IMG/VR virus record: IMGVR_UViG_3300028886_003642 | DNA from: a virus | Lineage: Duplodnaviria; Heunggongvirae; Uroviricota; Caudoviricetes | Length of the DNA stretch: 32,078 bases | Direction: 5' to 3' (one strand) | In this document: one piece after another, positions 16,426 to 24,003 of the stretch | Layout: each line of letters opens with the position of its first letter | Numbering within the stretch: position 1 is the stretch's first letter | The notes under the pieces: model-generated | Databases searched by the model: none | What the model saw: the letters and a program-made list of their open reading frames with translations, nothing else | What the model was told of the DNA's origin: nothing | Program-made: the position numbers and the translations under genes

Positions 16426-17982
16426 CTACAATACCTTATCTACTACTGCATATCTTTCTTTATTTAAAACATTTACTAATGCTTTATATGGGTCTAATTC
16501 ACTACTCATTACCATTTCCATAAGTGACTGACTGAATCCACTCAGCAAAATCACTCCTGCTTTACTTTCAGTTAATGGAATAGTATTAGTTCTTGAGTTT
16601 ACATTCCAAAAGATTAATTTTGGAAGTTCATACCCTGCTTTTTCATATTTCTCTGCTATACACTCAAAAAGTACTTCATCTTCTTGAGCAATTGCTTCAT
16701 GATCCCAATCATATGACCAAACATTACCACTTCTTACTGCATCATATTCCATATCACTCAAAATCAATATGCTTTTAGGCATATCATCTTGTGTAGCTTT
16801 TGCTTTAACTGCTGTCTCTAAAATGAGATCAAATACTGCTTCAATATTTGTATTAGAGCAATCAGCATATTTATGCAAATATGTGAGCTTATCTGCAAGA
16901 CTTTCTTTACCATTAACATCTACAATTTGAGGCTTTGAACTAAAAGTGATAAACTTATTATGATACTGACCTTCACTATTTTCTGCACAGTATAATGTTA
17001 ATGCATCAGCTACATCCATTGCAGTTGCACTAGAATTAGGAATATTACAAGTCATTGAACCTGAACCATCACGAACTACCAATGTGTTCTTGAAACCAAT
17101 TACTTTTTCTTGTGCTTTCCACAATTCTTCTAAAGTAGCATCTTCTTTATATTTTGGCTCATACCAAAAATCAATACCACTAGTATACTTATGTACAATA
17201 TCATGTAAAAACAGTGCTTTAGCGTTAATCTTTACAGACTTATCGCCATTAGCTAAATTATTGAGATATTCTTCTCTACGCTCTGCATCATGCTTGAAAA
17301 ATGCATTTGCATATTTAAGATTAGCACAAGATGGAACTTTGCAGTAATCAATTTCTGACCATTGATTAGCTGAAGTCTTAACTTCTACAACATCAAGATA
17401 TTTACGAAGTTTACTAAGCATCTTACGATACTGTTTTGGTGAAACTTTAAATACTTCTTTTGCAAGTTTATTAGCTACCCTTCTTGTTTCTTTACTAGAA
17501 GTTGAAATTGAAGGAAGCCATTTTGCACATAATGAAATATTTTCACCTCTACTCATAGCCTCTAAATCAATATTGATTATAGCACTAAGAGTCATGGCAA
17601 TCATATTCTTTACGTTTTTATCTTTTACATTATCCCAAAGCCATACATAATCATCCCATCTACCATATTCAGCAATGTTAATATGATCTAGAAACTTTAA
17701 TGCTAACTTTGGATGCTTATTGAAAAGATGAAGTGCAAATTCTCTGAATGACTTTCTTTCTCCTGCTCCTCCACGAACATCACGTAAGAATAAAAGCCAT
17801 TTAAGTGCTAAAGCCTTATCCTCTGCAAAAGCTTGATCAAACAAATCTAAATCTGCTTTTGCTCTGTAACTTGGAATACCAAAGTTTAAGTCTACAAGTT
17901 TTTTACCTGTAGATTTATAACCTAAAGCTCCATTCTCTGTTACAGATTTTTCATTTTTCTCTAATTCGTTCATGAAATCCAT
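16426..17982 (-). CDS. DUF2828-family protein (TROVE/Ro60-like helical domain plus vWA domain)
   Basis: TENGALGYKSTG, LRDVRGGAGER, EYGRWDD, AKWLPS, IDYCKVPS, vWA MIDAS-like VVRDGSGSM, ILSDMEYD, LIFWNV, LSGFS; AGGAGG RBS. Confidence 0.88.
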   Translation of the reverse strand: MDFMNELEKNEKSVTENGALGYKSTGKKLVDLNFGIPSYRAKADLDLFDQAFAEDKALALKWLLFLRDVRGGAGERKSFREFALHLFNKHPKLALKFLDHINIAEYGRWDDYVWLWDNVKDKNVKNMIAMTLSAIINIDLEAMSRGENISLCAKWLPSISTSSKETRRVANKLAKEVFKVSPKQYRKMLSKLRKYLDVVEVKTSANQWSEIDYCKVPSCANLKYANAFFKHDAERREEYLNNLANGDKSVKINAKALFLHDIVHKYTSGIDFWYEPKYKEDATLEELWKAQEKVIGFKNTLVVRDGSGSMTCNIPNSSATAMDVADALTLYCAENSEGQYHNKFITFSSKPQIVDVNGKESLADKLTYLHKYADCSNTNIEAVFDLILETAVKAKATQDDMPKSILILSDMEYDAVRSGNVWSYDWDHEAIAQEDEVLFECIAEKYEKAGYELPKLIFWNVNSRTNTIPLTESKAGVILLSGFSQSLMEMVMSSELDPYKALVNVLNKERYAVVDKVL

Positions 17983-17995
17983 TAAAAATTCCTCC

Positions 17996-18056
17996 TAGAC
18001 TGCATTGCATTTAAAAATTTCAAGTTTTTACTGTTAAATTTGCTGAGTTCAGCCTA
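17996..18056 (-). promoter_or_regulatory. sixth CAGCAA hairpin unit in the 5' leader, abutting the DUF2828 RBS
   Basis: UAGGCUG-AACU-CAGCAAA...AAUG-CAGUCUA, whose last A is the first base of AGGAGG. Confidence 0.8.
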
Positions 18057-18156
18057 AATATTGAGAAATTTAAGAGAGCAATTTATTTCCCAACAATTTT
18101 CTGAATTTTACAGCCTAAAGCATCAAGAGAGCAATTTAGCTTTAAGCCATACTCAT

Positions 18157-18349
18157 ATTATATCACATCTGCCAAGCCTTGTCAACTAATTTTTTTTATA
18201 AAATGTAAATATTTTTTGCTCCGTATGTGATTATAACCCTATTATAACACAACTGAATTGATTTGTCAAGTATTTTCTGAAAATTTTTCAAAAAATATCT
18301 AAACTCAAGCTTGCCCATATAGTATAACACAATTTGAACAATTTGTCAA
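18157..18349 (-). promoter_or_regulatory. three tandem consensus sigmaA promoters toward the DUF2828 gene
   Basis: TTGACA-17-TATAAT (18157-18185, 18241-18269) and TTGACA-17-TATACT (18321-18349). Confidence 0.75.
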
Positions 18350-18393
18350 GTATTATTTTATAAGTTATTTATTTCACAAACTAAATATTTCTC

Positions 18394-18422
18394 TTGACAA
18401 AATACTAAAGCTATGCTATAAT
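18394..18422 (+). promoter_or_regulatory. sigmaA promoter pointing into the AT-rich origin region, no ORF downstream
   Basis: TTGACA-17-TATAAT with TG extension. Confidence 0.7.
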
Positions 18423-18429
18423 AATACAC

Positions 18430-18882
18430 TATTATTATATTTAATATTAAAATAGTTATATAATATTAGTAATAAAATTTATGATCATAGACAGATTAAA
18501 CATACTTTAGTATAGCTAAGATGATATCCCTTAATTATTATATAAATACTAAAAATAAATATATTATAGTTAATAAAGACATTTATGATCTCTGTATTCA
18601 TAAACTAATTTTTTAGTAATATTAAGATGTTATAAATATCACTACTATTTTTAGATATAATTTTACTGAAATACCTATTTAGTATATATATTATTTAGTA
18701 TGTATTTAGTATATATTTAGTAGAGGAGCTGAACGCTTATAAATACTGGGCTGAGAACCATTTAAGTGTGCTAATTTAGTCACACTACTGTGCTGGTTTA
18801 ATCACACTACTGTGCTAATTTAGTCACAAATATATCAAATATATGTGCCAATTTAATCACATAATGTGCTGATTTAGTCACA
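18430..18882. other. putative replication origin: AT-rich tract plus iterons
   Basis: Very AT-rich 18430-18720; ATTTAGTA at 18677, 18693, 18704, 18715; five 18-bp repeats; sits where gene orientation switches. Confidence 0.7.
18767..18882. repeat. five quasi-palindromic 18-bp iterons, consensus TGTGCTRRTTTARTCACA
   Basis: Starts at 18767, 18789, 18811, 18844, 18865 (spacing 22, 22, 33, 21 bp). Confidence 0.9.
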
Positions 18883-19449
18883 TTAAAAATCGACCTTTTT
18901 ACCTAAAGCCCTTTGCTCATTTAACCATTTTTCATGAGATATTCTCTGTTCTTCTGTCATAGTTTTTCTTATAACTTTTCCATTATCCCATGGTCTTCCA
19001 GTATTTTTATCCATGCTATTCCAGTGATCTTTAAACATAGTTAATGATTTAACATCAAATATTCTATTAGTATTAAAAAGAAAAGGATTAACATATATCA
19101 ATTGTTTGTTTTCATTATCATGTTTAATTAGTTTATGTTTTTCTAATACTTTAAGTGCTTTACTTAATACTGTACGATCCACACCTAATAGATCAGCTAA
19201 TTTTGTTATTGTACAGTTAATCATAAACTTATAATTAGCATATCCTATTATATCTTTATAATCAGTATTACTATTTAGTATATCTAATATTTTTTGCAGT
19301 ATATTTTGTTCTCTACTGTTTAATTTTAATACTAATTTATGTAATATAGGATCTTCTCTACCATAATGATTTACATACTCAATACTGTCAAACTTAATAG
19401 GACGATTATCACTACTAATTTCTTTGCTATTCATAGATTTTAACCTCAT
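18883..19449 (-). CDS. RepL-like winged-helix protein, candidate replication initiator
   Basis: TITKLADLLGVDRTVLSKALKVLEKHKLI...IYVNPFLF; stop codon abuts the last iteron. Confidence 0.6.
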   Translation of the reverse strand: MRLKSMNSKEISSDNRPIKFDSIEYVNHYGREDPILHKLVLKLNSREQNILQKILDILNSNTDYKDIIGYANYKFMINCTITKLADLLGVDRTVLSKALKVLEKHKLIKHDNENKQLIYVNPFLFNTNRIFDVKSLTMFKDHWNSMDKNTGRPWDNGKVIRKTMTEEQRISHEKWLNEQRALGKKVDF

Positions 19450-19476
19450 TTCATGTACATATAGTCATTCAGATTT

Positions 19477-19634
19477 AGTTTACCACAAATTTTTAAACTG
19501 TCAAGATAATTTTCTTATTGACTTTTTGACCAATGTATGCTATAATATAAGTAGAGTAAGAACTTGAGAGCATTGTAAAAATTTTCAGATTTTTTCAAAA
19601 AGTTCTTGACTTTTAGACTATAATGTGCTATAAT
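19477..19634. promoter_or_regulatory. divergent promoter region between the two wHTH genes
   Basis: Minus TTGACA-16-TAAACT (19477-19504); plus TTGACT-17-TATAAT (19518-19546 and 19606-19634). Confidence 0.65.
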
Positions 19635-19700
19635 GTATGTAGAGAGCAAAAATAAGAGAAGAAATAAGAACTATCAAATTTTTAACTGGAGAAATTAGCC

Positions 19701-20228
19701 GTGAAACACATACATGTAAATGATCTGCAAGGAAAAATCAAAATAGAGAAAGAATCTATTGCAGATTTAATTGAACTTACAAGAGTTTCACCTGTAGCTA
19801 TGAGAATATTGCTTCTACTTTCTGTTTATGTAGATAAAACAAGCTCTTTAATCACTACAGTAAAAACTCTTAACTACATGCTTAATTTAAAATCTAGTCA
19901 AACAGAATATGGACTTAGAAAATTAGCTAAAGAAGGATTTATTGATCTTGAAGCAGTAAAACTAGATCATAAACAAACTGCTGAAGTAGTATCTCATAAT
20001 GATGAACTATACTTTGATTCAGCCTGTACAATTTGGGAAGTAATTAGTAGAGAGAGAGCATCTAATTTTGATCTTACAGGTAAATATATCAAAGTAACAG
20101 TAAATTCAGCAGTAATATCTAGCACTAAAGTAAGAGAAAATCGAGTTTTGTTTAAAGTTAAAGATAATTTATTCTTTGACAAAGATATTAACGAAAATGA
20201 AATTGATTTAACATGGTGGATTGACTGA
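19701..20228 (+). CDS. second winged-helix (RepL-like) DNA-binding protein
   Basis: AMRILLLLSVYVDKTSSLITTVKTLNYMLNLKSSQTEYGLRKLAKEGFI resembles a wHTH. Confidence 0.5.
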   Translation: MKHIHVNDLQGKIKIEKESIADLIELTRVSPVAMRILLLLSVYVDKTSSLITTVKTLNYMLNLKSSQTEYGLRKLAKEGFIDLEAVKLDHKQTAEVVSHNDELYFDSACTIWEVISRERASNFDLTGKYIKVTVNSAVISSTKVRENRVLFKVKDNLFFDKDINENEIDLTWWID

Positions 20229-20386
20229 TGATAGAAAATGGTAAAGCAAGTATGTCATCAACTCTTCAAATAAGGATTCCTCTACATTTGAGAAAGAAAT
20301 TTAGCGAAGTAGCAAATAAAAATAACGAAACTCCTGCTAGACTTATCAGAGAATTTATTCATAAATACATTGCAGAGAATCAATAA
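20228..20386 (+). CDS. ribbon-helix-helix (CopG-like) protein, 52 aa, missed by the ORF track
   Basis: MIENGKASMSSTLQIRIPLHLRKKFSEVANKNNETPARLIREFIHKYIAENQ; TGATG coupling to the upstream gene. Confidence 0.75.
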   Translation: MIENGKASMSSTLQIRIPLHLRKKFSEVANKNNETPARLIREFIHKYIAENQ

Positions 20387-20700
20387 CCCACGACTAAAGT
20401 CGTAGGCTTGTAAAAAAAGCCTTTATTGATTAGCCTAAGTGCTTTGAACACTACGTTACTCAAGAATATATAGGCACTTCAGAACGTGAGTCCAAATTCT
20501 GAACCCTGCGGTTTATAGTTAAACAACTCTGAGAGGTAGGAGTAGTGTTGTAAACATACAAAACCTTGAGATAACATTGGCTATGGACAACTTACCTCCC
20601 TTTGGGGGAGAGTTATTCCCTGCTATGATAGGGAATTATGATTATTATTTAAGGAGATATAGTGGACATTCATTCACCAACTAAAGAAGGTGGTATCCTG
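20379..20700 (+). mobile_element. non-autonomous IS200/IS605-type IscB element: omega (HEARO-like) RNA scaffold without iscB
   Basis: ATCAATAACCCACGACTAAAGTCGTAGGCTTG left end; ATTAGCCTAAGT...CACTACGTT...TAGGCAC...CTGCGG...TTAAACA...GAGAGGTAGG...TAACATTGGC scaffold; degenerate right end ATTCATTCACCAACTAAAGAAGGTGG. Confidence 0.85.
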
Positions 20701-20711
20701 CCCATAACTTA

Positions 20712-21506
20712 ATGATAAAGATGCTAAATAAAGATGATATTTTAACAGAAACATTGCAAAATAATGTTTTTGTATTAAACACAAATAAAGAAAATGCATT
20801 TATATTTACACTTTCAGATCTTCATATTGGACTAGGTAATCAAAAATACATTAAAGCAATTATTGACTTTATTAGTAGTTTAGATAATGCATATGTAATT
20901 CTTGGTGGGGATCTTTTAGATAATCCTATTAAATCTAGTCCTGCTTCACCATTGGAAGATTATCTCACTCCACAACAGCAAATAGATAAAGCTGTAGAAC
21001 TTTTAACACCCATTAAGCATAAGATTGTAGCAATCATAGAAGGTAATCATGAAAAAAGAACTGAGAAAGAAACATATATTTCTATTACACAGATGCTTTC
21101 TACACTTTTAGGTATTCCTAATACATATAAACGTGAATTAGCTATAGGTTATATTACTCTTAATGAGAATTGTTATGTATATGTAGATTTACATAAACAT
21201 AGAAAGACTAAAAATTATTATGCTTTTTATAATGCAGATATATTAGTTTTAGAACATACGCATGAATATAATTATACAGAAAAACCTATAATTTTTCACA
21301 ATAAATATACAAAAAAGCCTTCAGTAAGAACTGTATATGAAATAAATAATGGATCTGCTTTAGCATTTCCACATTATGCAAAATATGCAGGATATTCTAT
21401 ACAATCTATTGGTACATATGTAGTAGAGCTTAGTGGTAAACAAAGAAATATTAAAGTTTGGAAAGATGTAGATTTAATAAATGCAATAGAGAGAGGTTAT
21501 CATTAA
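20712..21506 (+). CDS. calcineurin-like metallophosphoesterase
   Basis: SDLHIG, GGDLLDN, GNHE and EHTH motifs. Confidence 0.88.
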   Translation: MIKMLNKDDILTETLQNNVFVLNTNKENAFIFTLSDLHIGLGNQKYIKAIIDFISSLDNAYVILGGDLLDNPIKSSPASPLEDYLTPQQQIDKAVELLTPIKHKIVAIIEGNHEKRTEKETYISITQMLSTLLGIPNTYKRELAIGYITLNENCYVYVDLHKHRKTKNYYAFYNADILVLEHTHEYNYTEKPIIFHNKYTKKPSVRTVYEINNGSALAFPHYAKYAGYSIQSIGTYVVELSGKQRNIKVWKDVDLINAIERGYH

Positions 21507-21782
21507 ATGAGTCATAAGTATATTGCTCAATGTACAGGATCTTATGATATTAGAGCTGATTTAAAAATAATAGCTATGAGAGAAGCAGTAGATAAAATTT
21601 ATCAAAATCACAGAAGAATTAGTGTAGATGATATTCATTTGAGCATTGCTAATACAGATAGTTATGATGGATTCTATACTGTAGAGTATACATTTTACTT
21701 TACTGCTTTTGGGGAATCAGAGTTAGATGTTGAGAAAATAATTAAAAAAGGTGAGCATTTAGAAATTTTAAGTGCTGAATGA
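21507..21782 (+). CDS. hypothetical protein
   Basis: 91-aa ORF coupled to neighbours. Confidence 0.55.
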   Translation: MSHKYIAQCTGSYDIRADLKIIAMREAVDKIYQNHRRISVDDIHLSIANTDSYDGFYTVEYTFYFTAFGESELDVEKIIKKGEHLEILSAE

Positions 21783-22302
21783 GGAAATGATTATGGCAAG
21801 TAAAAAACAACCAATCGTAACTTTTAAGAATTACGAAGAATTTATTAAGTGTGCATATGAATGGGTAGATATTTTAGGACTTAATAATTGGTTATTTGAG
21901 TTTAGACTAATTAACAATAAAGAAATTGGTAAAACTAAAACAGGAGCATCAGAACTTGGATTAAATTGTTTTAATAGTTCTGATCTTTTAGCGGTAATTA
22001 CTATTGCAAACGGTGCTGGATCTATTGCAGAGTTCAATTTAGTACATGAGCTTTTACATTGTTTGTTAGAATATGGTAATTGTGATTGTGTAGACTCAGA
22101 CGAACAGGATGGCTATGTGAACTTCTATCAAAGGTCTATTCACTCAAGATTAAACCAGATGGCAAAAAGTCTCCTTAAATGTAAATATCCTCAAATTACT
22201 AATGAGTTCTTTAGAATTGAACTTAATGGATTTATTGAACATATGGAGCAAGAAGACATTAAAGATGAATTTCCTTGCAATGGATGTGCTAAGAAGCAAT
22301 GA
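21772..22302 (+). CDS. HExxH zinc-metallopeptidase-like protein
   Basis: LVHELLHCLL motif. Confidence 0.6.
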   Translation: MLNEEMIMASKKQPIVTFKNYEEFIKCAYEWVDILGLNNWLFEFRLINNKEIGKTKTGASELGLNCFNSSDLLAVITIANGAGSIAEFNLVHELLHCLLEYGNCDCVDSDEQDGYVNFYQRSIHSRLNQMAKSLLKCKYPQITNEFFRIELNGFIEHMEQEDIKDEFPCNGCAKKQ

Positions 22303-23021
22303 AAGAAGTTGAAGTTATGGAAAATTTTGAAACTATTACTCTAACAAATAAAGACCATAAACAAGTAATTGTAGATAAAGAATTATTTGATGAATTGTCT
22401 AAACACAAATGGCATGAAAATCCCTATGGTTATGCTTTTAGTAGTAAATTAGGATTTATGCATAGATACATATTAAATTGTACAGACAAAAATTTAATTG
22501 TAGATCATATAAATCATAATATTTTAGATAATAGAAAATGCAATCTTAGGATAGTAACAAGACAACAAAATAATTGGAATTCAAGAAGCAATACGGGTAC
22601 TTCTAAATTTAAAGGTGTTAGACGGATAGAGAGGGACAATAAGTATATTTCTTATGTGTCAAATATTGTATACAATAAAAAAGCAATATTTTTAGGATAC
22701 TATAGCACAGAACTTGAAGCAGCTTATGCATATAATCTACATGTTAAAGATTACTTTGGTGAATATGCTTGTTTAAATGAATTTACTAGTGAAGAATACA
22801 AAACTTTACAAACAATGCTTCCTCTAAGAACTATTTATGAACGTAGTAAAGAACATGCAACTTCTAAATATAAATATATTTGCTATTATAAATCGTTTAA
22901 TCGTTGGGCATATGAAAGAAAAATAAATAAAATTAGATATAGAAAATCTGGTTTTTTAACCGAAGAAGAAGCACATAATGCTTATATAGAGAGGATGAAG
23001 GAAATAGGAGTTGAACCATAA
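22299..23021 (+). CDS. free-standing HNH endonuclease with AP2-like domains
   Basis: MHRYIL...VDHINHNILDNRKCNLRIVTRQQNNWN...SKFKGV...LGYYSTELEAAYAYN. Confidence 0.9.
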   Translation: MKEVEVMENFETITLTNKDHKQVIVDKELFDELSKHKWHENPYGYAFSSKLGFMHRYILNCTDKNLIVDHINHNILDNRKCNLRIVTRQQNNWNSRSNTGTSKFKGVRRIERDNKYISYVSNIVYNKKAIFLGYYSTELEAAYAYNLHVKDYFGEYACLNEFTSEEYKTLQTMLPLRTIYERSKEHATSKYKYICYYKSFNRWAYERKINKIRYRKSGFLTEEEAHNAYIERMKEIGVEP

Positions 23022-23707
23022 TGGGTAAAACAACAAAAGTTGTGGAGAAAGAAAAAACCCTTGATCTTTACAACTCTGATAGAGAAGAATTTTATACACG
23101 CATGAGTGCTGAGCAAAAAGCTATGTACAATAGTATTAGAGATAATATTTTTACTTTTTGTGAAGCTAATGCAGGCAGTGGTAAAACACTTTGCTCTGTA
23201 AATGCTATGGTAGAACTTTTAGCCGAAGGTAAAATATCTAAGATAATATATATTCAAAAACCATCTGAAAGGTATCTTTCAAATGGATTCCTCCCAGGAA
23301 CGGCAGAGGATAAGCTAGAAATGCTATATACACCACTATATGATGCATTAAATACTTTAGGATTTTTTGATTCAGCTATTGAAGAAATGATTGATAAAGG
23401 AATGCTTCAATGTGTTTCAGATATGGCATTGCGTGGTGTAAATATTAAAAGTGCAGGAGTAATATTGGATGAAGGTCAAAATTTGGATTATCATACATTA
23501 AAACTTATCTTAACTAGGTGTTCTGATGATTCCCATATTGTAATGATAGGAGACAGTTTGCAGCGTGATAATAGAAGAGCATCCACAGATTTTGTAGCTT
23601 ATGGTAATTATCTAGCAGAAAAACCTTTTGGTAATAAAGTCAAGCTTACGCATAATTATCGCGGTATTTTTTCACAAACAGCTGAAAAATTTATTTTTGA
23701 GGGTTAA
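23021..23707 (+). CDS. phoH: PhoH-family ATPase
   Basis: ANAGSGKT, GFLPG, ALRG, VILDEGQN, ILTR, GDSLQRD. Confidence 0.88.
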   Translation: MGKTTKVVEKEKTLDLYNSDREEFYTRMSAEQKAMYNSIRDNIFTFCEANAGSGKTLCSVNAMVELLAEGKISKIIYIQKPSERYLSNGFLPGTAEDKLEMLYTPLYDALNTLGFFDSAIEEMIDKGMLQCVSDMALRGVNIKSAGVILDEGQNLDYHTLKLILTRCSDDSHIVMIGDSLQRDNRRASTDFVAYGNYLAEKPFGNKVKLTHNYRGIFSQTAEKFIFEG

Positions 23708-23710
23708 ATT

Positions 23711-24001
23711 ATGAGTAGTGACTGGATAAAATTTCGTGACAATCTTTTAAATAATCTGAAATTTGATAATGTTGATGAAGCTTTAAAGCAAAGCTTGACA
23801 ATCCATATTAAAAATGATATACTACCTTTAGCTAAAGAATCTGCTGATTCGTTTATTTCTCAAATCAAAGAGCAAGCTAAAACGGAAACTGGTTGGGTTA
23901 AAATTAGAGATTTAATTGTCCTTCCATATATTATTTATGGTGGTTTATGGCTTATAGAACAAACAATAATTAAAACTGTTGAAGAAACTAAGAAGGTGTA
24001 G
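23711..24001 (+). CDS. putative holin-like lysis protein
   Basis: Directly before the amidase; hydrophobic LIVLPYIIYGGLWLI segment. Confidence 0.45.
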   Translation: MSSDWIKFRDNLLNNLKFDNVDEALKQSLTIHIKNDILPLAKESADSFISQIKEQAKTETGWVKIRDLIVLPYIIYGGLWLIEQTIIKTVEETKKV

Positions 24002-24003
24002 TA

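Noticed and set aside
2072-17347. Plus-strand ORFs opposite the structural genes (e.g. 2072-2257, 3613-3876, 8245-8799, 14238-14483, 17084-17347) and minus-strand ORFs opposite right-arm genes
   Set aside because: Antisense shadows of well-supported genes, with no RBS or recognisable motifs.
18767-18882. CRP/CcpA or DnaA sites
   Set aside because: TGTG-N10-CACA spacing does not fit CRP (TGTGA-N6-TCACA), and no TTATCCACA boxes were seen.
3117-19589. AATTTTCTGA-like motif near several promoters (3117, 15314, 18095, 18272, 19580)
   Set aside because: AT-rich 10-mer with inconsistent position and orientation; not distinguishable from background without statistics.
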